From positions 2,841,717 through 2,876,283 of the forward strand of contig NC_068988.1 of assembly GCF_001194135.2 (NCBI RefSeq): a stretch of 34,567 nt of DNA, in the 5' to 3' direction. Each line of letters starts with the position of its first letter. The first letter of the stretch is position 1. Below, piece after piece: positions 33,776-34,567 of this stretch. This DNA is from Octopus bimaculoides. Taxonomy: Eukaryota. Below the pieces are notes generated by a model. That model was not told where the DNA came from, ran no database searches, and saw only the letters and a program-made list of their open reading frames with translations. The position numbers were made by a program, and so were the translations under genes.

Positions 33776-33873
33776 AAAGCTTAATGTTTGTATGATGAAT
33801 AGATTAAAGCTTAATAGATTAAAGCTTAATGAATAGATTAAAGCTTAATGTTTGTATGATGAATAGATTAAAG
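33776..33873. repeat. Minisatellite with nested-deletion units (30, 15, 19, 30 bp)
   Basis: AAAGCTTAAT[GTTTGTATGATG]AATAGATT variants; four AAGCTT sites. Confidence 0.9.
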
Positions 33874-33991
33874 TACTTAAGTCTGATCATTGTTTCTCCC
33901 GTTTAACTTCCTAGTCTTTCTCTGTCACTTAATCTCCTCTTTCTGTCTTTCTTCCTTCCTTCCTTCCTTCCTTTCTTTCTTTCTTTTCAGG

Positions 33992-34025
<34 letters not shown>

Positions 34026-34027
<2 letters not shown>

Positions 34028-34092
34028 GTTTCTGTCTACCAGATCCACTCGACAGGCTTTGGTCGACCTGAGTCTAAAGTACACTTGACCAA
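34026..34092 (-). mobile_element. CORE-like SINE fragment
   Basis: Reverse complement ggtcgaccaaagcctgtcgagtggatctggtagacagaaactg followed by (TG)n. Confidence 0.7.
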
Positions 34093-34129
34093 CGTTCTCA
34101 TGCAAACACAGTTGAAGATTCTATCACTA

Positions 34130-34400
34130 GAAATCTCTGAAACACTATTCAATGAGGACCCGATCACTTTGTCTCTTGAAACAGCATAAAGACAAACCCA
34201 TTACACCAAAGAACAGTAGCCACAATGTTAAAACTCTGAGACTCATGTCAAATGCTGGGATTACATTTGCTGGTGATTTCTTGGGGTACTCAGCCAAAAG
34301 AACGTCACTGGAACTGAATTTCAGAGACTCTCTTTATCAGAGACTAACTATTTCAATAGTAAAACGTACTTCATTTCTGATCAGATGTCGATCTCTACAC
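34130..34400 (+). mobile_element. Possible CRE/RLE-type non-LTR retrotransposon C-terminal relic
   Basis: PITLSLETA (F.P...ET.G) followed after a frameshift by FAGDFLG...NFRDSLYQRLTISIVKRTSFLI (compare FL.QRLS.AVQRGNA). Confidence 0.4.
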
Positions 34401-34530
34401 ACAACAAATGTAAACAATATTGTAGTTTATTTGTAATTTTGCGTAAATATTGTTTCTAAGGTGCATGTGTGTGTGTGTGTAAGTGCATGCATGTGTGTGC
34501 TTGTTTTTGTGTTTAATATGTACAGCGACA

Positions 34531-34567
<37 letters not shown>

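Noticed and set aside
33776-33873. CRISPR-like repeat/spacer array
   Set aside because: Eukaryotic context, no unique constant-length spacers, no cas genes.

Overview
Eukaryotic, AT-rich, microsatellite-dense draft-assembly DNA with six N gaps. The repeat repertoire looks like octopus (cephalopod mollusc) genomic DNA; this taxon call is my inference. There is no prokaryotic-type system, CRISPR array, rRNA or bona fide tRNA, and no complete gene. Most ORF-track entries are artefacts of microsatellites, gaps or decayed transposons. The window is mainly intronic/intergenic and holds: (i) 5'-truncated RTE-clade LINEs and their (GAT)n-tailed 3' ends; (ii) tRNA-derived SINEs of at least two types; (iii) several dead Penelope-like element (PLE) relics with recognisable RT and GIY-YIG motifs, including a head-to-head inverted pair; (iv) a mariner 3' end whose TIR forms a perfect 82-bp palindrome across (TA)17; (v) a ~574-bp inverted-repeat structure whose two arms each carry a minimal hammerhead-ribozyme-like motif; (vi) probable Gypsy and CRE-like fragments; (vii) a few short candidate exons on both strands that the ORF track misses (best: + 13471-13677 and - 371-478). 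I could not identify their protein products. All family assignments come from motif recognition by eye, with no database search.
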